Notes: generated by a model from the letters alone, not told the origin. 64,000 nucleotides of DNA from Pyrinomonadaceae bacterium (GCA_051000345.1 JBPCOJ010000106.1:1775-65774), one strand, 5' to 3'; shown: positions 28,559 through 38,737, numbered from the stretch's first letter. Made by a program: numbers and translations.

Positions 28559-28715
28559 ATCAGAGGGTCTCCTGTCCGGGTCAAATAATTCTTTCCAACG
28601 AACGCGCCGCGCGGGTCTGATACTTTCTGTGACACGACCTTCAGCTCTAGGAGTAATCGAAAAAAGTCAGCCGAAGTTGGGGGCTTGCATCCTTGATGCA
28701 GCGCGTGGAAAGAGC

Positions 28716-28752
28716 AAAAACAAAAACAAGCGAACTGTTCAAGTCCGCTTGT
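28716..28752 (-). terminator. Rho-independent terminator of dapF
   Basis: The minus strand reads acaagcggact-tgaac-agttcgcttgt (11-bp stem) followed by ttttgttttt. Confidence 0.8.
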
Positions 28753-28855
28753 TACAAAAAAGAGACTAACATATTGCGAAAGTGTTGTCTAGCCCGAACC
28801 GTAATAAATTTTACAAACTCTTCGCTTTTCCAACTCAACTGCCGTACTCACACGG

Positions 28856-29713
28856 CTACACGCCGCCCAACCATTTGCCGCTGTAAACCACATCGGCCTT
28901 GCCCGTCAACACCACCTGATCGTCTGATTCACGCCACACGATTTTAATCAAACCGCCCTGCGTCCAGACGTTTACATCCCGCTCCGTTTTACCGTTAATT
29001 ACGGATGCGACAACCGCCGCGCACGCGCATGTCCCCGAAGAAAACGTCTCGCCCGCGCCGCGCTCCCAGATACGCAACTCTATGTTATGCCGGTCACGCA
29101 CGCGCACGAATTCAACGTTCGTGCGTTCTGGAAACGATTCGTGTTTTTCCAACGCGCGCCCGATTCGTCGCCAATCCATCCTCTCGAAATCCTCGACAAA
29201 CACAGCACAGTTCGGATTGCCCATCAAGAGCGCCGTCACACGAACAGTTTCGCCTTCAATTATCAACGGGTAATCCGTGACACGTTCAAGCACCTTCTCC
29301 GTCAACATCGGAATTGCTATGCTCTCGAATTTCGGTTGTCCGAGTTCAGACTCGAACAAAAAATGCCCCGCCGCATCGTTCTCGCGCAAGTGATAAATCA
29401 CCATGCCCGCGCGCGTTTCCAAACGCAAGGTTTCACCTGCCCACAATTTCCTGTAATAAAGATACGCCGCCGCGCAACGTGTTCCATTGCCTGACAATCC
29501 GGCCTCGCCGCCGTCCGGATTAAAGATACGCACCACGAAATCCGCGCTTTCATCCGCTGCTTCAGAGATCAATGCGACTCCGTCCGCGCCCGCTCCGTAA
29601 TGCCTGTCGCACACGCGCCGCACCAAATCATTCAACGATCCGACTGCGGCAACCTGACTTGCCTCGACGACAATGTAATCATTGCCGAAACCTTGAAATT
29701 TAATGAAGCGCAT
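28856..29713 (-). CDS. dapF: diaminopimelate epimerase
   Basis: The track ORF extends to 29809, but the ATG at 29713 begins MRFIKFQGFGNDYIVV. Both catalytic Cys motifs are present (GNGTRCAA, SGTCACAA). Confidence 0.92.
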   Translation of the reverse strand: MRFIKFQGFGNDYIVVEASQVAAVGSLNDLVRRVCDRHYGAGADGVALISEAADESADFVVRIFNPDGGEAGLSGNGTRCAAAYLYYRKLWAGETLRLETRAGMVIYHLRENDAAGHFLFESELGQPKFESIAIPMLTEKVLERVTDYPLIIEGETVRVTALLMGNPNCAVFVEDFERMDWRRIGRALEKHESFPERTNVEFVRVRDRHNIELRIWERGAGETFSSGTCACAAVVASVINGKTERDVNVWTQGGLIKIVWRESDDQVVLTGKADVVYSGKWLGGV

Positions 29714-29859
29714 AGAAGGTAGATACCGGATATTAGATGCCGGATGTGAGAGAGAGTTCTGACGAAAACTTTCTTTACTAAATGCAAAGCAATTTAACGC
29801 TCGAAGCAAGTTGCCGCGCGTACAGCGAAATTACACGCGAGTTTCCGGCGAGAAGCAAA

Positions 29860-30423
29860 CTAACTCGCGGTTGGCTCGACAGAATCGCTAGATTGCGCCT
29901 TTCGCTTAGAATTCAGGCTTCTGAACATCAACTCTCTTATTAGCAGCACGGCTAAAAGTATAGGAACGAATACAACCAACTCAATTAGGCTTGCCTTTAT
30001 TACTTCCTTCAAACTAAAGCCGACAGGAAATTCAGAAAATCCAATTAGTCCTGACTTGAATCTTTCTCTTAAGAACGGCCACAGTAACTCAACGCCGCCG
30101 CCTCTTTTGGTAGTCAGGAAATCCAGCAAGCCGTGTGAAAGGAAAGCGGCTCCCAAAGCCAGAACATTTCTAAGATGTGAGATACCCAATACGGCTAACA
30201 TCGAAGCTGTAACAATAAATGCCGCCAGAATTGAATGGCTAAACCCTCGATGCAATCCCCGACCAAAATGTAGCCCCCGAATGAGAAAGAAATCAAAATC
30301 AGGACTGATAGCGAAAACCGATCCCAAGAGGAGTACGTGCCAATCACGATTTAGCGTACTCTGAGGCCGTCCAAGAGCGACAATGGTTGCGCCAACAAGT
30401 CCGTGGGCGATGGGTAATGGCAT
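29860..30423 (-). CDS. membrane-bound metal-dependent hydrolase (YdjM/DUF457-like)
   Basis: 187 aa, polytopic, with N-terminus MPLPIAHGLVGATIV and conserved His/Asp residues. Confidence 0.7.
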   Translation of the reverse strand: MPLPIAHGLVGATIVALGRPQSTLNRDWHVLLLGSVFAISPDFDFFLIRGLHFGRGLHRGFSHSILAAFIVTASMLAVLGISHLRNVLALGAAFLSHGLLDFLTTKRGGGVELLWPFLRERFKSGLIGFSEFPVGFSLKEVIKASLIELVVFVPILLAVLLIRELMFRSLNSKRKAQSSDSVEPTAS

Positions 30424-30474
30424 ATAATCTACCGAACACGAAGCAATTCAACGCGTATTAATCTAACTTCCGGT

Positions 30475-32160
30475 TTATGATCGTCCGTTAAAGGAGGCGA
30501 GCAGTTCGGCGATGGCGTCTATATATGAGCGACGCACGTCCGCGCCGCCCGGATAGTTGTTGACGATGATGGAGAAGACGAGGCGCTCGCCCGCCGCGCT
30601 TGTCGCGTAGCCAGAGAGCGAGGAAACGGCTTCGACTGTGCCTGTCTTGGCGCGGACGTTGCCCGCTGCCGCCGTGCCTTTCATGCGATTGGCAAGCGTG
30701 CCGTCAACTCCCGCCAAGGGCAGCGCGTCGCGGAAGACGTTCGAGAATGGAAGTCGGCTGATGTAAGCGAGCAGCTTTACGCTCGCGTCGGCAGTTACGA
30801 AGTCGTGGCGCGAGAGGCCGGAGCCGTCGTTCATCACGACGGCGTCCGCGCCCGCGCGTTGCAAAAAAGCTTTGACGACATTAATGCCTGCTTCCGCGCT
30901 CGTCGAGCGTGCGCTTGATTGTGCGGTGCGCTGTTGATCGCCGCCGGAGATGGATAAAATGGGGACTGCCGCAATTCTTCCCTTTTGTTCGCCGAGCGTT
31001 CGTAAGGTAAGTTCCGTGTAAAGATTCTGGCTCGGCTTCAAAGTCTTCGCCGCGATGAAGCTCAAAGGCGGCGATTGCCGTTTGGCTAACTCAAAGAGTT
31101 TCGACGTGTCGAGCGGAATGTTCCGGCGCGCGCGCGCATCAATAATTTGCGATTGGCCTGCGACGGTGACGCCGCGACGCGAGAGCGAGGCGCGCAGTAA
31201 ATCAACAAACATTTGCGCCGGGCGCGCGACGGCGATTTCTCCCGTATAGCCTCTGTCGTCGAGCGGCAGGCTTCCGCCGACTTCAATCGTGTTTGCGCCC
31301 AAGTCCCGATAGACGCTCAACTCTCTGCGCGTGCCGCGCGCGGTGGTCGTCGTCAGGTTCTTGATCGTGATGTGCGGCAATTGGGCTGGCCCCGTCGCAA
31401 TCGTACACGATGAGCCGACGCTTGCGCCGGGTTTGACGAAGAGATCAATCGAATTATCGTTGACCGTGAGCGCGCTTACTTCCGCGCCGTAGTACCATTG
31501 CAGATCGTCCCATTCCCAGCCTGCGCCGTAGGGCGCGCCCGTGAAATAACTTTCGTCACCAACGAGAGCGCCTTCGACGCGGCGCACGCCCGCCGCCGCA
31601 ATCCTTTCCGCAAGCTCGTCAATCGCCTTCGTGTAATCGCCGTCGTTAAAGCTTGCCGCGATGGACGGATCGCCGCGCCCGTAAACAATCAAATCGCCGC
31701 GCAACGTGCCGGACGCGTCCGGGCGATTCGCGGCGTAAACGGAAGTCGTCCAGCGAAATTCCGGCGTGAGCCGGTCAAGCGCGGCGGCCATCGTGTACAT
31801 CTTCATGTTCGAGGCAGGAACTAAAAGCTTTCCGGCGTTTTCCTCAAAGAGCGTGCGCCCCGTGTCGAGCGAAACGACTTTGACGCCGACGAAGGCGGGC
31901 GCGAGTTGCGGGCTGCTCAAAATTTGGCGAATGCGCGAACGTAAGTCTTCAATCGTCTGCGACGCATTCGCGGAAGCGGCACGCACAGTCGCGGAAGCTG
32001 TGGGCGTTGTAGAAACGGCGGGCGTTGCGGAAACAACTCTGCGCCCGCGTTGTTGCTGCGGCTCTTGTGCGAAGACGTTGACGACGACTGCGCCGGAGCC
32101 GAACGAACAAAGCAGCACTAAGCAGATTAGTGTGGAGACGCGCTCTTTATTAAGTGTCAT
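30475..32160 (-). CDS. dacB: D-alanyl-D-alanine carboxypeptidase/endopeptidase (PBP4, peptidase S13)
   Basis: 561 aa with a signal peptide, SxxK (PASNMK), DGSGLSRHD and KTGT motifs. Confidence 0.85.
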   Translation of the reverse strand: MTLNKERVSTLICLVLLCSFGSGAVVVNVFAQEPQQQRGRRVVSATPAVSTTPTASATVRAASANASQTIEDLRSRIRQILSSPQLAPAFVGVKVVSLDTGRTLFEENAGKLLVPASNMKMYTMAAALDRLTPEFRWTTSVYAANRPDASGTLRGDLIVYGRGDPSIAASFNDGDYTKAIDELAERIAAAGVRRVEGALVGDESYFTGAPYGAGWEWDDLQWYYGAEVSALTVNDNSIDLFVKPGASVGSSCTIATGPAQLPHITIKNLTTTTARGTRRELSVYRDLGANTIEVGGSLPLDDRGYTGEIAVARPAQMFVDLLRASLSRRGVTVAGQSQIIDARARRNIPLDTSKLFELAKRQSPPLSFIAAKTLKPSQNLYTELTLRTLGEQKGRIAAVPILSISGGDQQRTAQSSARSTSAEAGINVVKAFLQRAGADAVVMNDGSGLSRHDFVTADASVKLLAYISRLPFSNVFRDALPLAGVDGTLANRMKGTAAAGNVRAKTGTVEAVSSLSGYATSAAGERLVFSIIVNNYPGGADVRRSYIDAIAELLASFNGRS

Positions 32161-32182
32161 TATCGAGTGCCATTATCGAGAA

Positions 32183-33190
32183 TCATTGTTTTTCTTCGAG
32201 CGGCTCGAAGGAGTTGATAAGTTCTTCTGTGCTGGCAGTCGCTGTGCCGACTTTGCCGACGACGATGCCTGCCGCGTGGTTGGCGAGCGTTGCGGCGTCA
32301 AGCATCGTCACTCCGGCGCTAAGCGCACAGGCTAGCGTGGCGATCACGGTGTCGCCCGCGCCGGTCACGTCGTAGACTTCACGCGCGACGGTTTCGACTT
32401 GAACGGGCGCGCCGTTCGATTCCAGCAACATCATGCCGCGCTCGCCGCGCGTGATAAGCACCGCATCGCAACCCAGCCGCGCCTGTATCATGCGCGCCGC
32501 TTGTTCAAGCCCTTCGTTCGTGTCCGCTTCCGTATTCGTCAAACGCAGTGCTTCGTGATGATTCGGCGTAACGAGCGTCGCCGGGCGATAAGCATCGAAG
32601 TTGCGTATCTTCGGGTCGATCAATACGGGAATGCCGCGTTCACGCGCGAACGGCAGAACTTCTGCGAGAACGCGCGTCGTGACAGCGCCTTTGTCATAAT
32701 CGGAGACGACAAACGCGTGCGCGTCCATAAGCAATTTTTTCAACGCGTGGATGATGCGGTCTTCCGTTTCCGCCGCGACGTGCGTGCGACGCTCGCGGTC
32801 TGCGCGGACGACGAGTTGGTTGTGCGCGATGATGCGCGTCTTGATTGTCGTCGGGCGACTTTCATCAACGATGAGAGTTTCATACGCCTGCGCTGCGCCC
32901 GCGTTTTGCAGTTCCCTGCGCAGATTTTCTCCGGCGCGATCATTGCCAACAACGCCGACCACCGCCGCGCGTGTGCCGAGCGCCAGAAGATTCGCCACGA
33001 CGTTGGCCGCGCCGCCCAAGTGAACCGACTCGCGCTGAATGTCCACGACAGGCACGGGCGCTTCCGGCGAAATGCGCGTCACCTCGCCCCACACGAATTC
33101 ATCTAGCATCACATCGCCGAGCACGACCACAAAACGCTCACGCAAACGCCGCGTCAATTCCGCCACCGCTTGCGCTGTCAGTTGCTTCAT
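32183..33190 (-). CDS. D-glycero-beta-D-manno-heptose-7-phosphate kinase (RfaE domain I, PfkB family)
   Basis: 335 aa. GDVMLDEFVWGEVTRISPEAPVPVV and DVTGAGDTV are present. Confidence 0.85.
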   Translation of the reverse strand: MKQLTAQAVAELTRRLRERFVVVLGDVMLDEFVWGEVTRISPEAPVPVVDIQRESVHLGGAANVVANLLALGTRAAVVGVVGNDRAGENLRRELQNAGAAQAYETLIVDESRPTTIKTRIIAHNQLVVRADRERRTHVAAETEDRIIHALKKLLMDAHAFVVSDYDKGAVTTRVLAEVLPFARERGIPVLIDPKIRNFDAYRPATLVTPNHHEALRLTNTEADTNEGLEQAARMIQARLGCDAVLITRGERGMMLLESNGAPVQVETVAREVYDVTGAGDTVIATLACALSAGVTMLDAATLANHAAGIVVGKVGTATASTEELINSFEPLEEKQ

Positions 33191-33257
33191 AAATTAAGTT
33201 TCTTCGTTGCCGGAACAAGCGAAGACGAAGGCTATTTTATTTTCCCGGCACGCGTTT

Positions 33258-34478
33258 CTATTTTTCCAATACGCGTTCAATCGCCGCTGTGACTCTCTCG
33301 ACGGAAACGCGGCGGATACATTCGGGCGCATCGAATTGCCCGCATGTATAGCCGGGACACGGCGCGCACGGCATCGCTTCGCGGACGACTTCGTAAGCGG
33401 CGCGCGTCCAAGGATGCCAGCGCGCGACGCTCGATGAACCGAAGATGATGACCGACGGCGCGTTGACGGCTGCCGCGATGTGCGCGATGCCGCTGTCGTT
33501 GCCGACGAAGAGGCGCGCGCGCGCGGCAAGCGCAGTTACTTCCGGCAGCGAAAGATTTGTCAGCATAGTAATCGGCGCACGCGATTGTTCGATGAGCACG
33601 TTGATGATTTCCGTTTCGTGCGGAGCGGCAATCGCAACGACTTCGAGGCCGCGCGCGTGAAGAGTTTCGGCGACGCGCGCGAAGTTTTCCGTTGCCCACT
33701 GCTTCGACGCGAAGGCCGCCGCCGGATGAAGCAGCGCGAAGGGTTTGCCGTTGTCGTTCGCGGTGTAAGCTTCGCAATCTTCGTTGATACGTGCAGCGCG
33801 TAGTTTCGCATTGACGCTCGCCGACGCAGCGTTTGTGACGGCGAGATGCGTCGGCGGCAAATCCGTCACAGGCACGCCCGTCCAGCCGAGCAGCGCGAGT
33901 TGATTTTCAACCGAGTGCGTATCGTCTCTCTTCCAGATTTCATGCGCGGGCGGCGCTTGGTGGTTGTGCAAACGCCCGTAGCGGTATTCAGCGTAGCCGA
34001 CGCGTTGCCTTGCGCCCGAAGCTCTCGTGAGAAACGTCGCGGTTGTGCCGCCGTGAAGATTGAACGCGACATCGTAGCGCGCCGCGCGAAGCTCATGCAC
34101 GACACGCGCGCGCGCCGCCGTCGAACGCCCTTTGATCGTGATGACGCGGTCAACGTCAGCGAATCCGTCGAGCACGGGCGCAACCCAGTCTTCTAATAGA
34201 ATGTCTATGCGCGCGCGCGGCAGAAATCTTTTGAGCGCGTGCAGGGAAGGCGTGGCAAGCACAGTATCGCCGATGGAGCGCAGGCGCACGACGAGCACAC
34301 GTTCGACGCTTTGCCAATCCCAACGCGCGGGCGCAAGAAGAAGCGGCTGCGCCGGAAAAATCGTGTGCGGCACAGTCGTTTCATCATCGCGCAGCATCGC
34401 GGCGGTGGATTGATAAAGAATCGGCGGCGATTCAAGTTGTGCGTGTGGAGTCCTCATCCTCAATCGTTGCTTCATCAA
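33258..34478 (-). CDS. family 9 glycosyltransferase (LPS heptosyltransferase-like)
   Basis: 406 aa. RLRSIGDTVLATP and FVGNDSGIAHIAAA are present. The true start may be an internal Met (e.g. 34397), because the long ORF overlaps the upstream gene. Confidence 0.8.
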   Translation of the reverse strand: MMKQRLRMRTPHAQLESPPILYQSTAAMLRDDETTVPHTIFPAQPLLLAPARWDWQSVERVLVVRLRSIGDTVLATPSLHALKRFLPRARIDILLEDWVAPVLDGFADVDRVITIKGRSTAARARVVHELRAARYDVAFNLHGGTTATFLTRASGARQRVGYAEYRYGRLHNHQAPPAHEIWKRDDTHSVENQLALLGWTGVPVTDLPPTHLAVTNAASASVNAKLRAARINEDCEAYTANDNGKPFALLHPAAAFASKQWATENFARVAETLHARGLEVVAIAAPHETEIINVLIEQSRAPITMLTNLSLPEVTALAARARLFVGNDSGIAHIAAAVNAPSVIIFGSSSVARWHPWTRAAYEVVREAMPCAPCPGYTCGQFDAPECIRRVSVERVTAAIERVLEK

Positions 34479-34623
34479 TCAGCATCACGGGAATATCATC
34501 GCGGATCGGATATACGCGGCGGCACTCTACACACTTGAGACTGTTTCCGTCCGGCTGCACTTCGACTTTCCCTTTACACGCCGGGCACGCCAGAATCTCC
34601 AACAAATCTTGACTGATCGCCAT
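34432..34623 (-). CDS. Trm112/UPF0434 family zinc-ribbon protein
   Basis: MAISQDLLEILACPACKGKV...LKCVECRRVYPIRDDIPVMLIDEA. The ATG at 34623 is preferred over the GTG at 34641. Confidence 0.75.
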   Translation of the reverse strand: MAISQDLLEILACPACKGKVEVQPDGNSLKCVECRRVYPIRDDIPVMLIDEATIEDEDSTRTT

Positions 34624-34917
34624 AACTTTTTTGCCTTTCACTTTGCGTTTTCAAGCTTAACAGCTTCGCAAAGAAGCGGGCAAGCAAGAGTCACCTCCGA
34701 GCGGGCGCTTTGAAGGCGAGCGAGATAGATATGTATGCCAACGCGCTGTCCCATTTCGGTTTTCATAAGGCAATCGCAGCTTGAAAATTATTATCGCGCG
34801 CACAGTTTCGCGGCTCTCTCGATGGCGCGCTTGCCGCGCGGCGCGTTCGTGTGTTAGTGATAATGAAATCGCTGATTGCTATGTTTTCGCGTTGCCTGTA
34901 AGTGAGGTGAAGAAGGA

Positions 34918-35679
34918 TTGTCTTTAGAATTTGCCGTTCAATTCGCGTGTCCTTTGCGGGCGCGTTATTCGGAAAAACATCTGCGCGCGTGGGGCAGTCT
35001 CGGGAACATTCACACGCGTTTGACGACGGGTGACAAGGGCGTGCCGGACGCGGACAAACTGCGCTTCATCGAGAATTCGCGCGACGAAATAGAAACGATG
35101 CAAAGGGAAACGATGATTTGCCCTTCGTGTCCGGCGTGCTTGCCGAAGGAAGCGGCGGGCGAAGGCGAATCCGTCGGCTGTTTAGGGCGCGTCACGTACC
35201 CGATTGAAGGGCAGTTTGAAAAATTCATGGCAGACCGCGTGCAGCTTCTGCTGGACACGCTCGACGCGTGCGATCAACCGCGCCTGCTGCGCATTCTCGT
35301 CGATGCGGAATCGCCATTCGACGGCGAAGGCACAAAGGAATTGCGGCGCGTCACGACCACGCAGGGCTTGCGTTTCTTTGAACTGCGCTTGCCGATTCGA
35401 TTGACGCGCGAAGCGGCGCATCTCACGACGGACAATATTTTCGATTTGCTCGCGGGCTTTCGCTCCGACGACCACGCGCGCACAACTTACACGCGCGAGA
35501 TTTCCGGCGCGGCGATTGCCGACTATTACGACTTTTTAGACTTCGTTTTGCGCAACGATATTTCCACATCCGAACAAGCCAGACTCCACGCGCGCGGGCG
35601 CAACTACGCTCAATATCTGCGTTTGCTCGCCGCACACGAACGCGCCGAAGCGCTTGGCGCACGCGTGCTGCTTGATTGA
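34918..35679 (+). CDS. hypothetical protein with CxxCxxC..C cluster
   Basis: 253 aa with a TTG start after GAGGTG. It contains MICPSCPACLPKEAAGEGESVGC. I recognise no family. Confidence 0.55.
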   Translation: MSLEFAVQFACPLRARYSEKHLRAWGSLGNIHTRLTTGDKGVPDADKLRFIENSRDEIETMQRETMICPSCPACLPKEAAGEGESVGCLGRVTYPIEGQFEKFMADRVQLLLDTLDACDQPRLLRILVDAESPFDGEGTKELRRVTTTQGLRFFELRLPIRLTREAAHLTTDNIFDLLAGFRSDDHARTTYTREISGAAIADYYDFLDFVLRNDISTSEQARLHARGRNYAQYLRLLAAHERAEALGARVLLD

Positions 35680-35715
35680 ACTGTTGCCGGATTGAACAAC
35701 GGAGGTTGGAGCCGG

Positions 35716-36435
35716 TTACATATTCTCTTCGTCGAACTGCCGCAATGAATCGAGTATGAGGTTGGTGTTGCTGGCGGCGTTGATGGTGATGGGAAAGGCT
35801 TCCGCGTGTCTTTCAAAATCGAACGCGCCGGATGTCGCTTCGACGATTTTGCGGAACGCTTCTTCGGCAATCAAATCTCCGCTCTCCGCGCCGACGATGC
35901 GTCCTTCGTTAAATAAAATTCTTCCCTGCACGGCTTCGTTCATGATTGAGAGCGAGCCGGTCAAGCGCGCGTTCTCAAGCACCTGCACGGCGTCGAAGAT
36001 ACTGATTGCGGAAAGGTCGCCCGCAAATATGGAAGCGGGGCGCAGAGCGGTTGCCGATTGCGCTGGCGCGGCGAGCGGCGAAAAATCCGGGCGGCGCGCG
36101 CGGCGTATGGCTTCGAGTCCGGTGGCGATGGAGATGCGCGGGTCTAGCTGTTTGGCTTCGAGCAGGCGGTCATGCGCGGCTTCCAAATCTTCGCGCTCGA
36201 TGTAGAGGCTGGCAAGCGCAAGGCACTGGCGCGCGGCCTCGTCCGAGTGTTTATGTGTGGCGGCGATTTCGCGCAAACGCTCGCGCAGCGGCAAGGAGCG
36301 CGGGCGGCGTTCGAGAGCCGCATGAAGGCGCTTGATAGCGCGCTCCGGCGCTCTGTATTTGATGAATAGTTCGGCGTCGAGCAATGCCGTCTCGACTTCT
36401 CCCTCGCTGTCTGCGGGCGGGTGCGCTTCGCTCAT
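35716..36435 (-). CDS. DUF4388 (PatA-N-like) domain protein with N-terminal TPR-like helices
   Basis: 239 aa. GDLSAISIFDAVQVLENARLTGSLSI...GRILFNEGRIVGAE is the DUF4388 signature. Confidence 0.65.
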   Translation of the reverse strand: MSEAHPPADSEGEVETALLDAELFIKYRAPERAIKRLHAALERRPRSLPLRERLREIAATHKHSDEAARQCLALASLYIEREDLEAAHDRLLEAKQLDPRISIATGLEAIRRARRPDFSPLAAPAQSATALRPASIFAGDLSAISIFDAVQVLENARLTGSLSIMNEAVQGRILFNEGRIVGAESGDLIAEEAFRKIVEATSGAFDFERHAEAFPITINAASNTNLILDSLRQFDEENM

Positions 36436-36766
36436 TGATCCAACCTTATGGCTGCGGGATTAAACAATTGGTCGGGAATCAAAGCGGCGAGTCTATCACA
36501 AGTCGAAAACCAGTGAAATTTCATGTGGTGCGTGTGTTCTTTGCCGCTATGCAAGCACGATTCCGTGTACACGCCAAATCCATCATCACGCAAACTCGTT
36601 CACTTTGACAATGCAACGCCGCCTTTAATGCTTCAATATACTTCACGTACAATCTCAGCTTACGGCTTACAACTTCGGGCGATTTAGACTTTAATTGTTT
36701 TGTCTTCGCTTTTGAAGGCAAATAATTTTACCGCTGTGCGCAATTCTCGCGGAGCGCGCGCAAACG

Positions 36767-36782
36767 TGGCACGCTGAATGCT
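36767..36782 (+). promoter_or_regulatory. sigma54 (-24/-12) type promoter upstream of the HD-GYP gene
   Basis: TGGCACgctgaATGCT versus consensus TGGCAC-N5-TTGCW. GG and GC are at the canonical spacing. It lies about 50 nt before the ATG at 36831. Confidence 0.5.
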
Positions 36783-36830
36783 CTCTCGCTTATTGAAAGC
36801 AATTTCTTCAAAGCGTAAGGAGCAACGTAG

Positions 36831-37517
36831 ATGCACGATCAAACGGTGCTGGACAGCGTTAGCGCGTCAACGATCCGATTAGTGAATGGCGACTGGGCGA
36901 ATTATCTGCAACGCGTTTGTCATAGCCTGCGTTCAATCGGTCAGATTTGCTGCGGCGACGGCGCGGAGGTTCTGCTAAGGCGTCTCAAGCGCACGCGTCC
37001 TTCGACTTACGGGCATAGCCTGCGCGTCGCCAGATTTTCGCGCGCCACAGGCCAGGCCTTCGGCTTTGACGATACGCGCTTGAAGCAATTGGGCAAGGCC
37101 GCCGTGATGCACGACATCGGCAAACTCCTTGTGCCTGAAGCCGTGCTCAGCCGCCCGCGCAAGCCGACGGCGACTGAAATGTTCGTGCTGAAAAAACATC
37201 CCAGCTTCGGCGCGATGCTAACATCCTATTTCAAGCTTCCGAGGGAATTGAGCATACGCACGCAGCATCACCACGAGCGTTGGGACGGCAAAGGCTACCC
37301 GGAAGGCTTGGCTGGCACGGATATTCCGCTGATGGCGCGCATCGTTCAAGTCGCGGATACTTATGACGCGATGACGGCAACGGATCGCCCGTACCGCAAA
37401 CCGCACACGCACGCGGAAGCGATTGCAGAATTACGCAAGCAAGCGGGCACACAGTTTGACCCGCGCGTGATAGAAGCCTTCACGGATACGTTCCCGGAAC
37501 AGCATTCGTCGCACTGA
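36831..37517 (+). CDS. HD-GYP domain c-di-GMP phosphodiesterase
   Basis: 228 aa. HSLRVA, MHDIGK and HHERWDGKGYPEGL are present. An AAGGAG SD precedes the start. Confidence 0.88.
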   Translation: MHDQTVLDSVSASTIRLVNGDWANYLQRVCHSLRSIGQICCGDGAEVLLRRLKRTRPSTYGHSLRVARFSRATGQAFGFDDTRLKQLGKAAVMHDIGKLLVPEAVLSRPRKPTATEMFVLKKHPSFGAMLTSYFKLPRELSIRTQHHHERWDGKGYPEGLAGTDIPLMARIVQVADTYDAMTATDRPYRKPHTHAEAIAELRKQAGTQFDPRVIEAFTDTFPEQHSSH

Positions 37518-37676
37518 CAAGCCTGTTTTCTGGAGCGCGGCGCTTGTTCATCATTTAACTTTATTAGTGAGCGCGATAAACTTTCCCGGCGCAAGATGCG
37601 GAGATAGTTTTCGCGCTCTTCTCGTATAAGCTTTTTGGTGAAAACTATCGAACGCAATAATTCTTTAGGAGCGCCG

Positions 37677-38654
37677 ATGTCATATCCCGTTATGCAACCT
37701 CTATCTCCCATAGATTTCACAGACTTCAAGAACCTGATCGAACTCGGCACGGACGAGATTGCGCAGCGCTGGATTGATGCCGTGCGCGCAGACCACGAAG
37801 TACCCTCGACGGAAGGCATCGCCGAGCCGCTCTTGATGGATTCTGTGCCACTCGTGCTGCGCGAAATATTGCGTGTGATCGAACTCGACGAACAAAAAAT
37901 TGAAGGCGCGCACATTGTCACTGCCGCCAAGCATGGCCGCGTTCGCGCCCGTCAACATTTCGATGTCAAAGAACTCGTGCGCGAGTATCAATTGCTGCGC
38001 GAACATATTTTTCTTTACTTGCAGGAGCATCTCGCGCAATTTGCGGGCGGGCGCGATCCCGCCAAACTTTTAGCGATATATCGTCGCGTCGGTCTCGCCA
38101 TTGACGAAGCGACGCGCTCGACCATCGATGCCTTTGTCGAAGAACACACGGGCGAACTGCTTCACCTTTCGCGCACAGACAGTTTGACGGGGCTATACAA
38201 TCACCGCACTTTTTACGAGCGGCTGGCGGAAGAAGTCAAACGCGCCGCGCGTTATCAGAGTCCGCTCTCGATTGCGCTCATCGATCTGGATGATTTCAAA
38301 CTCGTCAACGATACGCGCGGGCATCAATTCGGTGATCGCCTGCTCGCCAAATGCGCCCGCTCGCTCGATGACGCCTTGCGCGAAACGGATATTATCTGTC
38401 GCTACGGCGGCGACGAGTTCAGCGTGATTCTGCCGGAAACGGAAAAAGAGGATGCCGTTCAGTTGATGCAGCGCGTGCAGGAAGCGTTCAGTGAATCCGG
38501 CGCGAAAGAGGGCGCGCCCGCATCCTTCGGCATGAGTTACGGCATCGCTATCTATCCAGCCGACGCTTCGGAACCAGAAAACCTGATTCGCGCGGCAGAC
38601 AATCAATTGCTCGGCAAAAAGAAACAGCGCCGCGATAGCGAACAAGCAAAGTAA
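37677..38654 (+). CDS. diguanylate cyclase (GGDEF) with N-terminal sensory helical domain
   Basis: RYGGDEFSVILPE and the LTGLYNHRTF half-site are present. The ATG at 37677 has an AGGAG SD; the track ORF begins at a TTG at 37635. Confidence 0.88.
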   Translation: MSYPVMQPLSPIDFTDFKNLIELGTDEIAQRWIDAVRADHEVPSTEGIAEPLLMDSVPLVLREILRVIELDEQKIEGAHIVTAAKHGRVRARQHFDVKELVREYQLLREHIFLYLQEHLAQFAGGRDPAKLLAIYRRVGLAIDEATRSTIDAFVEEHTGELLHLSRTDSLTGLYNHRTFYERLAEEVKRAARYQSPLSIALIDLDDFKLVNDTRGHQFGDRLLAKCARSLDDALRETDIICRYGGDEFSVILPETEKEDAVQLMQRVQEAFSESGAKEGAPASFGMSYGIAIYPADASEPENLIRAADNQLLGKKKQRRDSEQAK

Positions 38655-38705
38655 CGTTATAGAGACACCGCTTCCGCGTGCGCCGCTGATTCAACTTTAT
38701 TAAAA

Positions 38706-38737
38706 AGGCCGCCTTCAAATCGAAGGCAGCCTTTTTA
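38706..38737. terminator. Rho-independent terminator (bidirectional shape)
   Basis: Stem aggccgccttc / gaaggcagcct, flanked by aaaaa and ttttt. Confidence 0.75.

Noticed and set aside
28559-28715. Leader of the 3D-domain cell-wall protein considered as a c-di-AMP (ydaO-type) riboswitch.
   Set aside because: There is only a loose CCCCCAACUUCGGCUGAC resemblance to the CCCGAACCCGUCAGCU segment. The paired GGGGGACCCA / GGGGUGAAUC elements are absent.
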